Assembly (NCBI GenBank): GCA_001179505.1 | Contig: CDMY01000964.1 | Coordinates: forward strand, 1 to 64,000 | DNA length: 64,000 bases | Source: Vitrella brassicaformis CCMP3155 | Lineage: Eukaryota > Protista > Chromerida | Reading direction: 5' to 3' | Shown here: positions 63,401 through 64,000 of the stretch, in pieces | How the letters are laid out: the number at the start of each line of letters is the position of its first letter | Numbering within the stretch: the stretch's first letter is position 1 | Made by a program: the position numbers and the translations under genes | The notes under the pieces: model-generated | What the model was told of the DNA's origin: nothing | Databases searched by the model: none | The model's input: the letters and a program-made list of their open reading frames with translations, nothing else

Positions 63401-64000
63401 GGCACTCCCCGTACGCGCGAACGGGGGGGCCAGTGGTGTTGTCTGACGGACACTGGTTCACGTCGATCGTCCCTCCAGGGTTGTTCTGCTCCGCCAGCTG
63501 CTTGCACACATAGCCGGCGCTGCACGTGCCGAGAGGCGTCCCACTGCCGTTGCAGAACACCCCGTTTGGGCAGGGGGTCGGCTGCGTGGATCCCTCGGGG
63601 CACGTGTAGGCGTTTGTGCACTGGAAGCCGTTCTCGGCTGCTGAGGTGGGAGTGCTTGATGTGGTGCCGCCCTCGCAGTAGTAGCCCTCTGTGCAGTCAT
63701 CCACGGGGTAGGCCAGGGCAGTCGCGTCACAGTACTTGCCTATATTGAAATGCAGCCACCACCACAAAACACAGACGCTGGGTGGTGGGTGCACGTCGAT
63801 TGTGTACCTGGCGGGCAGTCTACGCACTGGGAGACTTCCCACCTCGCCGTGAAGTTGTTGTAGGTCCCTATGGGGCACTCAGCTCCCGTCGCATTGGGTG
63901 TCCGCACCGGACAATAGTAACCCTGCACACAGACAAAACACACGAGACACGATGCCCATGACATTCATTACCCGGCTGACCCCTTGGCACTCAAAGGCGT
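49630..64000 (-). CDS. Giant single-pass membrane protein: GCC2/GCC3 (ephrin-receptor-like) Cys repeats, juxtamembrane domain, TM helix, very long coiled-coil tail; 5' end lies beyond the window
   Basis: Dozens of CPxG(Y/F/H)YC..G...P..CPxGT repeats from 57900 to 64000; YPVYISNSLLNSNPNFD segment; TM IFIGCLMGGLIGLVLVLMCLSTYL (~56195-56265) followed by basic KK; E/Q/R/K-rich heptad exons 49800-56000; last exon either ..LEAGR* (49758) or spliced VSNLIHMIGRAGRTGGNRRASMMPPA* (49630). Confidence 0.9.

Noticed and set aside
57900-64000. Possible fixed intron position or phase within the Cys repeats (exon-shuffling signature)
   Set aside because: The junctions I checked near CPxG were of mixed phase (0, 1 and 2), so there is no consistent pattern

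Overview
Intron-rich, GC-rich eukaryotic (alveolate) DNA. The apicomplexan-type CDPK and PKA, short introns packed with (TG)n/(TGTC)n/(CA)n microsatellites and compact gene spacing suggest a chromerid, most likely Vitrella brassicaformis (inference; no database search was possible). I can assemble 14 spliced protein-coding genes by eye plus one degenerate gene: mS26-like mitoribosomal protein, CDPK, SWEET transporter, ELAV/Hu-like 3-RRM protein, ALKBH4, transmembrane RING-H2 ligase, PKA catalytic subunit, LUC7, HECT E3, AAA ATPase, an EF-hand membrane protein, ZRANB2-like protein, a divergent TMBIM/BI-1, and the 3' 14 kb of a giant Cys-repeat single-pass receptor. Two further candidate micro-exon genes lie in apparently intergenic DNA. 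No rRNA, tRNA, CRISPR array or recognisable transposon was seen, and most listed ORFs are microsatellite noise. The most interesting signals are: (1) introns with CA repeats near the 5' end and complementary TG repeats near the 3' end, resembling structure-assisted splicing; (2) the giant receptor with novel inserted domains; (3) two first coding exons overlapping in antisense; (4) hidden micro-exon genes; (5) telomere-like inverted repeats about 190 bp upstream of two genes; (6) six head-to-head gene pairs. All exon boundaries were read manually and lack RNA support.
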